Part shown: one piece after another, positions 57,267 through 64,000 of the stretch
Position numbering within the stretch: position 1 is the first letter of the stretch
Layout of the letters: every line of letters starts with the position of its first letter
Source: an uncultured Candidatus Saccharibacteria bacterium
Lineage (GTDB): Bacteria; Patescibacteriota; Minisyncoccia; 2-02-FULL-40-12; GWA2-44-9
Reading direction: 5' to 3'
Assembly (NCBI GenBank): GCA_964356795.1
Contig: CAYHIK010000003.1
Location: 19,004-83,003 of the forward strand
Length of the DNA: 64,000 bases
The notes under the pieces: generated by a model
Databases searched by the model: none
Told to the model about the DNA's origin: nothing
What the model saw: the letters and a program-made list of their open reading frames with translations, nothing else
Made by a program: the position numbers and the translations under genes

Positions 57267-57575
57267 CTAGTCGCGGTACACCATCCGCGCACAAATCCAG
57301 TCCGAGATCGGAAACGCGATACCCGCACCGGCGATCCAAGCGGCGACCACCATCAGCGGGTCGTGGGACAAGACGGGCTCCCCCTGCGTGTACCATCCGA
57401 TGCCCAGGATGACCGCGACACCAAGCCCCGTCATCAGGAACATATCGATGTAGTATTGACGAGACGTCATGCGCGTCCCCCGCCGCTCACTCGTGCAGAT
57501 TGCGACGAACGGATAGAGTACGTCGAGCACGACAAACGCCATCATGACGGCGATACTCACTGAGTCGCTCGGCAT
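57267..57575 (-). CDS. GC-rich three-TM hypothetical protein (orphan cassette)
   Basis: GGAGG SD; TTGCAT-17-TATAAT promoter. Confidence 0.7.
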   Translation of the reverse strand: MPSDSVSIAVMMAFVVLDVLYPFVAICTSERRGTRMTSRQYYIDMFLMTGLGVAVILGIGWYTQGEPVLSHDPLMVVAAWIAGAGIAFPISDWICARMVYRD

Positions 57576-57615
57576 AACCGTACCTCCAGTATATATTATA
57601 CCACACTAAAAAGTA

Positions 57616-57759
57616 CTATGCAACCCATGCGGGTAAGTATGCGGTTACGAGCTTCCATGCCCAATGCACAACGACCGTCCAAAAACCGAGCGCAGAGCTA
57701 AATACAAAAAGCCAGAACCACGCAAACTTCTTCTCGTCATCAGAAAGATTCTTAAACAT
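57616..57759 (-). CDS. 47-aa Trp-rich membrane peptide (not in ORF track)
   Basis: MFKNLSDDEKKFAWFWLFVFSSALGFWTVVVHWAWKLVTAYLPAWVA; starts 3 nt after the upstream stop. Confidence 0.5.
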   Translation of the reverse strand: MFKNLSDDEKKFAWFWLFVFSSALGFWTVVVHWAWKLVTAYLPAWVA

Positions 57760-57762
57760 GGA

Positions 57763-58224
57763 TTATCGAATATACCAATCATGCGGCAGCACTCCGGTGA
57801 CTGTTTCCTCGGAGCCAACCACAACTTCTAGCTTCGTGTGGTCGGTGCATCCATAGGCGAGTCCGCATACTACGGCCTGCGTATAATACGCCTTGTATCC
57901 TCCAAGATCGCTCCCAATTGACCCCGCATCACGGAGTGTTGCGTATACATAGTAAGTTCCGGCAGGTACTGGGATGCTAAAACGTAAATCTGATGCGTAC
58001 TCAAGAGTGTCAACACAATATTCCACGCCTTGCGTGGTAGTTGACTCTGCGCAAATCTGGAATGCAGGGATCACCTCGCTCGGAAACATGGTGGTCCCCT
58101 CGATGCGTCCGGGTAATTGCGCCTGCTCTGCGTCTGGAGGTGCCATGAAGTACCACGCGCCAAAAGCGAGCGAGACCAGAATGACTGCGCCAATAAGTGA
58201 TTGTTTGAAGATAGGAGCGGTCAT
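57763..58224 (-). CDS. Membrane-anchored extracellular hypothetical protein
   Basis: N-terminal TM; G.I.G...FPSE.IP...CAE, GTYYVYA, C....C.DH, P.DWY. Confidence 0.75.
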   Translation of the reverse strand: MTAPIFKQSLIGAVILVSLAFGAWYFMAPPDAEQAQLPGRIEGTTMFPSEVIPAFQICAESTTTQGVEYCVDTLEYASDLRFSIPVPAGTYYVYATLRDAGSIGSDLGGYKAYYTQAVVCGLAYGCTDHTKLEVVVGSEETVTGVLPHDWYIR

Positions 58225-58276
58225 TGCGTGTACCTCTGAATTCTGTTATAATTTGTCCGTTGTTGCAAGTCGAGAT

Positions 58277-58348
58277 GGGGACTATGGTGAAATGGTATCA
58301 CAACACTCTGTGGCAGTGTGGTCACGGGTTCGATCCCCGTTAGTCCCC
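58277..58348 (+). tRNA. tRNA-His(GTG) with G-1
   Basis: GGGGACTA...TAGTCCCC acceptor, ACACT-CT-GTG-GC-AGTGT anticodon arm, GGTTCGATCC; TGTTATAAT promoter upstream. Confidence 0.95.
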
Positions 58349-58353
58349 CATAA

Positions 58354-58384
58354 CAAAAGACTCCCGCTTACCGGGAGTCTTTTG
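58354..58384. terminator. Bidirectional terminator
   Basis: CAAAAGACTCCCG-CTTAC-CGGGAGTCTTTTG. Confidence 0.85.
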
Positions 58385-59489
58385 CGTGATTGTCTACACC
58401 GACTACATCGGCGACGTTTTTGAATCCATCTCGTCGAAGCAATGCGGCAAGCTCGGCGTTTATCTGCCCGATTGTCTGTGGACCACGATAAATCATGCCG
58501 GTGATGAGCTGTATCAGCGATGCGCCAAGTCGAATTTTGCGATAGGCGTCCTTTCCTGTAAACACCCCGCCAACGCCAATGATGGCGTACGCTCCACGCG
58601 TTGCCCGATACACATACGCAACCTGCGCATCAGAAAGTGACTGGACAGGCATCCCGGATATTCCCCCTTTTTCGGGAACTGTTTGTTCGACAATCTTTGC
58701 GTTTTGGCGCCGCTTCGTTAAATTGCTGCACACAAATCCAGCAATCCGATGCGTATTGCATACCGCAATGATTGCGTCGAGCTCTGCGTGCGATAGGTCA
58801 ACGGCAAGCTTCAGAAAGACCGGCTTATCGGCAAGGGCATCAATACGGGTAAGGAGTGCGTCAAGGCGCGTGGGGTCTGTAAACGGTTCACCTCCAAACG
58901 CATTCGGACAACTGATATTGATAGTATAGTAATCTCCAATACCACGGAACGACTCTACAACGTGTGCATAGTCATCAATAGCAGCATCAGCATCAATCGT
59001 TTCTTTTGAGTTTGTTTTAGCGGCACTTATTCCAATGGGAAGTCGGAATGCTGCACGACGCATGCGACCTGCGATACTATCGGCACCATCGTTTTTCAGG
59101 CCATAGTACACGACGAGTCCCTTCGATTTTGGAAGTCGCCAGAGTCGTGTACCGGAGTTTCCCGCGCATGGCTTGCCCGTAATCGAGCCAAGCTCTGCAA
59201 ATCCAAACCCAACATCGGGCAGAATATTTGTGAGCCGGGCGTTTTTGTCAAATCCAGCCGCGAGCCCAATTGGGTTCTGAAAACGGATGCCTGCAACGTT
59301 CGTCGCAAGAATGTCGTCGTCGTAGCGGAAGATGCTCCGTATCGTTCGTTGTGCGATAGATGAGGATGCAAGAAGCACACCGACTCGCGTGAACGCATCG
59401 TGCACCGCCTCTGGGTCGCGAAGAAAGAGGAGTGGCTTGAGTGCATATCGGTAGGCAACTTCAACGCCACGAGATAAAAAACGCATCAT
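58368..59489 (-). CDS. pyrD: Quinone-dependent dihydroorotate dehydrogenase (class 2)
   Basis: DPEAVH, NPIGLAAGFDKN, NISCPN, GGISG, IGVGG, GASLIQL.TG.IY.GP. Confidence 0.95.
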   Translation of the reverse strand: MMRFLSRGVEVAYRYALKPLLFLRDPEAVHDAFTRVGVLLASSSIAQRTIRSIFRYDDDILATNVAGIRFQNPIGLAAGFDKNARLTNILPDVGFGFAELGSITGKPCAGNSGTRLWRLPKSKGLVVYYGLKNDGADSIAGRMRRAAFRLPIGISAAKTNSKETIDADAAIDDYAHVVESFRGIGDYYTINISCPNAFGGEPFTDPTRLDALLTRIDALADKPVFLKLAVDLSHAELDAIIAVCNTHRIAGFVCSNLTKRRQNAKIVEQTVPEKGGISGMPVQSLSDAQVAYVYRATRGAYAIIGVGGVFTGKDAYRKIRLGASLIQLITGMIYRGPQTIGQINAELAALLRRDGFKNVADVVGVDNHAKDSR

Positions 59490-59525
59490 AAAAATATCGT
59501 ACACCGCATCAGATAAACCGCAATG

Positions 59526-60371
59526 CTAGGGATTCCACCGAGCAAAGATGCCCGTAGAAATCATCCGGCCCGTGCGCTGCTTCAAGCAAAGCTGACCCTC
59601 GGTGATGGTGCCTCCGCGCGCCTTGGTCGCATCTTCAAGAAGATTCTTGATGGCGAGTTCAGACGTATTGGTGGCGTATGCGTTGATGATAAGGAATTTG
59701 GCGTTCGGCGAGAGCAGCGCGACACAATCTCGGATAAGCGCAGGCATGTGCTCGTTGAATTTCCAAATCTTTCCACTGGGGGCGTGGCCGAACGCGGGTG
59801 GGTCCATCACGATTCCCTCATACTGCATGCCGCGTTTTACTTCGTTCTTTACGAACTTCGCAGCATCCTCGAGCATCCATCGAATTGAATCGGGCGTGAG
59901 CCCGTTGAGCTCTTGGTTGTCTTTTGCCCATCCAATCGCAGGACGCGAAGCATCAACGTGTGTCACGAACGCTCCACGTTTTGTGAGCCAGACTGATGCT
60001 GCTCCCGTGTATGCAAATAAATTCAGCACCCGCGGTTTTTCCACTCCACGAAGCGCTTCGCTCATAAACACCCAGTTCGACGCTTGCTCAGGAAATACAC
60101 CCGTATGCTTGAAGTTCATGGGTCGTACACGCATCTTCACGTCTTGGAATGACATGTCCCAATGCTCGGGGAGTTCTGCCTTAATGTCCCACGCATCGTT
60201 TCGGAAAACCGCATGTGCTGAGTCCCAGATGTCCGCCGGCTCACTTCGCTCCCAAATCACTTGTGGGTCGGGACGACCGAGAAGATAGTCACCCCAACGC
60301 TCAAGACGATACCCGTCGCCGGTATCGATAAGTTCAAACTCTTTAAATTCTTGCGCGCCATCGAGGTACAT
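59526..60371 (-). CDS. Class I SAM-dependent (rRNA-type, RlmI/K-like) methyltransferase
   Basis: LERWG, FKHTGVFPEQ, LNLFAYTG, HVDAS, MDPPAFG. Confidence 0.9.
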   Translation of the reverse strand: MYLDGAQEFKEFELIDTGDGYRLERWGDYLLGRPDPQVIWERSEPADIWDSAHAVFRNDAWDIKAELPEHWDMSFQDVKMRVRPMNFKHTGVFPEQASNWVFMSEALRGVEKPRVLNLFAYTGAASVWLTKRGAFVTHVDASRPAIGWAKDNQELNGLTPDSIRWMLEDAAKFVKNEVKRGMQYEGIVMDPPAFGHAPSGKIWKFNEHMPALIRDCVALLSPNAKFLIINAYATNTSELAIKNLLEDATKARGGTITEGQLCLKQRTGRMISTGIFARWNP

Positions 60372-60402
60372 AGATAGAGTGTATCAAAAAATACGACGCA
60401 CG

Positions 60403-61182
60403 TCAGAAACGTGCGTCACTACGAGAAAAGAACGACTTCGCTGCACCGAGGTATGCGAGCACCTTGTCGATGTCGAGATTATCATCGGTCCTGAGACCAC
60501 CCTCGGCATCGATATTGATACTCGGCATCATCCGCTTGATAGGAAGGAGCAATCGACTGAGATTATCTGCGCACAGACCGCCCGCAACTCCAAGCTGATA
60601 CGCGGCGCCGGCAAATTCTCGCTGATACATCAACTCCGTGAGGTACGCCATCGCGTGAACAGGCTCGAGAGGCTCGCCTCTTCTACCCGAGTGATCCACC
60701 AGCACGTAATCGATGAGCGAAGCGTACTGCTCGCTCATACGACTCGCAACGCGCACCGCGTCGTTGTTGCATGCCTCCATTGTTCCGCTGTTAATCTGAA
60801 GTACGATCTTCACGCGGGGTCTCGCCAGCTTCAGCGATTGAATCGCCTTGGGGTCAGGCCATACAACATTGAGCTGAATGCCATCACACAGCGGACCAGC
60901 CCATCCGAGAGCGTCTTCCAGCTGATGAGCGAGATCTCGCTGTTCCCGCGTGTTGTAGTGCACGAGATTCAAGCAATCTGGTGACTCCTGGAAGATACCG
61001 AACACATCTTCGCGAGCGGGGTACCGCTTCGGATTTGATGCGGGCATCCCACGGAGCGTCCGATACGACATGAGGACACCAACCATGAGTCGCGGTCCAC
61101 CTGCGCGAATATCGAGTGGAGTTCGTTCAAGCACCGCGCGAACCTGTTCTCGATTCGTAAACCCAGTAACACCGATGTACAT
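60403..61182 (-). CDS. TrpF/PRAI-like TIM-barrel protein of unknown function (orphan-type cassette)
   Basis: YIGVTGF, LMVGVL, IQLN, LVDHSG..G, GVAGGL..DN, IDAEG.LR; GGAGG SD. Confidence 0.7.
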   Translation of the reverse strand: MYIGVTGFTNREQVRAVLERTPLDIRAGGPRLMVGVLMSYRTLRGMPASNPKRYPAREDVFGIFQESPDCLNLVHYNTREQRDLAHQLEDALGWAGPLCDGIQLNVVWPDPKAIQSLKLARPRVKIVLQINSGTMEACNNDAVRVASRMSEQYASLIDYVLVDHSGRRGEPLEPVHAMAYLTELMYQREFAGAAYQLGVAGGLCADNLSRLLLPIKRMMPSINIDAEGGLRTDDNLDIDKVLAYLGAAKSFFSRSDARF

Positions 61183-61209
61183 GGGTCACCTCCGGATGTG
61201 ATGGTGACA

Positions 61210-63204
61210 CTATTCTTGTCGAGGGTCAATATCTCCCGAAATTCCAAGCGCTTTCAAGAATGGGGCGTCCGAAGGTGCTCGCTCAAGAAATGCGCGGATG
61301 AGATCGAGCTCCTCTCTGCTCGCCCCCGGTTCGAGGATTTCACGACGATAGCGAGCGCCCACTTCGAGATTCAATGGATTGCCTCCGAACTTCGAGTACA
61401 TGTCGAGTGCATATACCTTACTCCAGAGATATCCGTAGTACCCCGCATCATAGTCGGCCATGTGCCCCCATCCTGCGGGAAAGAGCGACTCAGGAGGGAG
61501 CGCCACCTGTTCGCACTCCATCTTTATTGTGCGATACGAGTCAGCGAGGAATTGCCCGTCTACGGGCATCTCCGTGGGCTGCGAATGAATCCGCAAGTCA
61601 TAGAGCGCTTTTGTTGCCTGCTGGAGATAGGAGCTCGCATCCATGTGATGACGCGCAGCAATAACTTTTTGCTTTAATTCGTCGGGCATCGCAGCCCCGG
61701 TTCGGTAGTGCCCCCCGATGCGATCCATGACGCGTGAATCCCATGCCCATTCCTCAAACATCTGACTCATCGCTTCTATAAAATCCATAGCAACGCCAAA
61801 TCCATTTTGCCGCTGCCACTTCCCACACGAGAGGAGCGCGTGCATCACATGTCCAAATTCATGTAGGAGTGTCTCTACCTCGTCGATCGCGAGAAGTGAA
61901 GGCTCTTCTTTTGTTTCTTTGGGGAAGTTGCACACCAGCGCAACCAATCCTGGCGCAGTAACGCCATCGGAACGTACGCTACTCAGTGTAATGGGAAATG
62001 CCGCCGCATGACCATACTTTCCTTTGCGTGGGTAGAGGTCGAGAATGAAGTGTCCATACGATGTCTCACCGCCGATAACTTCATAGAGTTGTGCATCGGC
62101 ATGCCAGAGCGCCGCATCCGTGACCCTGCGAAACGAGATGCCGAGCACCTCTTGATATATCGAGAGCATCCCCTCAATAACGCGCTGGAGCGGGAAATAC
62201 TCCTTTACAAGCTCCGAATCAATGTCGTATCGCTCCTTGAGAAGCTTATAATCCCAATATGCAAATTCATGAAACCCAACAGTTGGATGCTCTGCACTGC
62301 GAAGCGAGCGTCGCTTGATATCAACAAGTTCTTGGAGCTCACGCCGTGCGGCGGGTTGGAGTCGCGTGAGAATTCGCTCAATAAAATCAATCGCAGCACG
62401 ACCCGTGCGAGCCATACGTGGCTCTGTCACATAATCAGCATGCGTCGTGTACCCCAACAGCTTCGCATTCTCTTGGCGAAGCATAATCATGCGTGCAAGC
62501 CTCTCAAGATTCTCCCGACCCCCTTTAAGCAAGTTCTTCGTTGCGAGCTCTCGTCGAGCAGTATCATCGTCTGCTGTGCGCATGAATGGAAAAAAGTCGG
62601 GATACTCCAGAGAAACGTGAAAACGATCTCCCTCACGTGTAAGCCCGTTGATGTACCGCTCGGGAAGTCCTGCGAGTTGTTCGCGACTTACCACGATGTG
62701 GTCCTCCCAATCATTGATTGCCTTTTCAAATGCAGTTTGCAGTTTTTGAAGTTCAGTAATATTCCCCTTCAGCGCGGTAAATTGCTCTTCTGGCAATGCA
62801 AAACCCATCCGACGCATGTCTCGCACGCGTTCGTCAGCAAGCTTTTGGTCTATGGCATTCAGTTGTTCGCCTCGCTCTGTCCACGCCTGAACAGCAGTCC
62901 ACAATCGACGGTCGTACTCCATCTCGACGTTTTCAGCATCAATACGATCCGATCCTGCTTGCGCGGCAGTACGAATGGTCTCGTCGGGATGCACGCTGAG
63001 AAGGAGCGATAATTGCTGTTGCAAATCAGCAATATCGTCATCGGCGTATTCAAGCGCAGCGATAGTGTTTGCAAATGTGCGCTCATCGGGAGTAATAGCA
63101 ATCACTGCATCCAGCGCTCCACGCTTATGTTGGAGCGCCCGAACAACCGCCGCCTCAATGGCAGACTGACTGCGATGCACCCACTCAAACTGATTGCGTA
63201 TCAT
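61210..63204 (-). CDS. M3A zinc oligopeptidase (thimet/PrlC-like)
   Basis: LDLYPRKGKYGHAA, LLHEFGH, DFIE..SQMFE.W, YDAGYYGYLWS. Confidence 0.95.
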   Translation of the reverse strand: MIRNQFEWVHRSQSAIEAAVVRALQHKRGALDAVIAITPDERTFANTIAALEYADDDIADLQQQLSLLLSVHPDETIRTAAQAGSDRIDAENVEMEYDRRLWTAVQAWTERGEQLNAIDQKLADERVRDMRRMGFALPEEQFTALKGNITELQKLQTAFEKAINDWEDHIVVSREQLAGLPERYINGLTREGDRFHVSLEYPDFFPFMRTADDDTARRELATKNLLKGGRENLERLARMIMLRQENAKLLGYTTHADYVTEPRMARTGRAAIDFIERILTRLQPAARRELQELVDIKRRSLRSAEHPTVGFHEFAYWDYKLLKERYDIDSELVKEYFPLQRVIEGMLSIYQEVLGISFRRVTDAALWHADAQLYEVIGGETSYGHFILDLYPRKGKYGHAAAFPITLSSVRSDGVTAPGLVALVCNFPKETKEEPSLLAIDEVETLLHEFGHVMHALLSCGKWQRQNGFGVAMDFIEAMSQMFEEWAWDSRVMDRIGGHYRTGAAMPDELKQKVIAARHHMDASSYLQQATKALYDLRIHSQPTEMPVDGQFLADSYRTIKMECEQVALPPESLFPAGWGHMADYDAGYYGYLWSKVYALDMYSKFGGNPLNLEVGARYRREILEPGASREELDLIRAFLERAPSDAPFLKALGISGDIDPRQE

Positions 63205-63304
63205 TATCGTATACTACCGCACCGCATGCATTCCTCGTATATTGACAATAATTATATACCGTGGCATACTGAATACGTTCGTTTTACCCGAGAGGAGAAC
63301 GCAG

Positions 63305-63739
63305 ATGCTGAACTGGATCCAGAAGTTGATCAATGCCGTACCCGCTGACTGGACGCCGAGCCTCGCGCCGATGGAGCCGGGTGAGAAGTTGCTCGGCCCC
63401 ATCCCCAACGAGATCATGCCCGAGTTGCGGGCACTCGGATACCTCGCGCACGAGATGCGGCGCCTGGCTGCAGAGCACAATACGAGCCACTCCGAAGGGA
63501 CAAGTCACGGTGAAGAGGCGTGCGCTCGCTTCGCAAGAACCATTGCGGCGTGGGAGTCCCAGGGAGCCATTCTGGGACAGGCCATCGCATTGGCGCTCCG
63601 CGAACACTTCGATACGGGCGCAGATGGCAAGGTCGACATCCGAGCAGAGGGCGTCATCCTCCATGCGCCCGATCCGCTCGAGCAGTTGCGCGCCTTGGGC
63701 TTCCAGGTCATCGAGTTCGACCCAAAGGCGGACATGTAG
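63305..63739 (+). CDS. GC-rich hypothetical protein (orphan cassette)
   Basis: GAGGAG SD, TTGACA-17-CATACT promoter, terminator 63754-63782. Confidence 0.7.
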   Translation: MLNWIQKLINAVPADWTPSLAPMEPGEKLLGPIPNEIMPELRALGYLAHEMRRLAAEHNTSHSEGTSHGEEACARFARTIAAWESQGAILGQAIALALREHFDTGADGKVDIRAEGVILHAPDPLEQLRALGFQVIEFDPKADM

Positions 63740-63786
63740 CAGGTAGGTAGGCCAGACCGGGTGCGCGTGCATCCGGTCTTTTCATA

Positions 63787-63999
63787 TTAGAGAAGCTTCC
63801 TCACCCACAAATAGCGAATCATACCCAACACGATAAGAATCGTAGTTCCAATAACAAAAAAGAATGCAGACGGGTGATCTCCAAGTGGGAGGCGTACATT
63901 CATTCCATAGAGTCCCGACATCACCATAGGAACCGTCAGTACCACCGTCATGAGTGTGAGGAGCTTGATGACGCGGTTTAATTCGTTGGTAGCAATAAC
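63787..63999 (-). CDS. corA: CorA-family Mg2+ transporter, C-terminal part (runs off window)
   Basis: LNRVIKLLT...P....GLYGMNV.LP plus second TM; GMN signature. Confidence 0.9.
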   Translation of the reverse strand, partial: VIATNELNRVIKLLTLMTVVLTVPMVMSGLYGMNVRLPLGDHPSAFFFVIGTTILIVLGMIRYLWVRKLL

Positions 64000-64000
64000 C

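Noticed and set aside
62008-63012. 334-aa + strand ORF and other long antisense or alternate-frame ORFs (e.g. 35966-36703, 59602-60288, 60379-60984)
   Set aside because: They lie wholly or almost wholly within better-supported genes and have no motifs or start signals
4136-63782. Recurrent GC-rich hairpins (AAGACCCC/AAGCCCCC types) as CRISPR repeats, REP elements or integron attC sites
   Set aside because: Sequences differ from one another, are not regularly spaced, carry A/T tails typical of intrinsic terminators and lack attC RYYYAAC/GTTRRRY ends; no cas or intI gene is present
1-64000. Alternative genetic code (UGA=Gly as in Gracilibacteria/Absconditabacteria)
   Set aside because: TGA terminates conserved genes at the expected positions (rsmH, ftsI, mreB, rpsM) and conserved proteins are uninterrupted under code 11

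Overview
A 64-kb chromosomal segment of a Patescibacteria/CPR bacterium, most likely Parcubacteria. This is inferred from the compact core genes, RpoA lacking the alpha-CTD, short AlaS, DnaJ and HrcA, PilT, tRNAs without encoded CCA, and the baseplateJ-like, PEGA and Ada-like membrane proteins. It uses the standard genetic code. Core content: rsmH-ftsL-like-ftsI-murF, tRNA-Glu, pilT, rplU, recR-dnaB, cysS, an NRAMP transporter, CIRCE-hrcA-grpE-dnaK-dnaJ, priA-def-fmt-efp, gltX-M23 peptidase, an exonuclease pair, rpmA, rplI, ctpA, a glycosyltransferase/LCP/O-antigen-ligase cluster, mreB, infA-rpmJ-rpsM-rpsK-rpsD-rpoA-rplQ-rplM-rpsI, a UvrD-nuclease fusion, dus, alaS, tRNA-His, pyrD, an M3 peptidase and a partial corA. 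I saw no CRISPR array, integrase, transposase or rRNA. The most striking pattern is two separate gene-expression grammars. Core genes essentially lack Shine-Dalgarno (SD) sites, and about a dozen have a TAnnnT -10 box 6-7 nt before the ATG (leaderless-type). About 15 orphan or foreign-looking genes are instead inserted singly between core genes as self-contained cassettes, with a GGAGG/GAGG SD and usually a -35/-10 promoter and an intrinsic terminator. Their cargo includes an outer-membrane beta-barrel (DUF481), a protease-propeptide-like protein, an acidic micropeptide and a GC-rich operon of three tiny membrane proteins. An AT-rich, hairpin-rich 400-bp non-coding region with a dif-like 28-mer lies at 28.5-28.9 kb.
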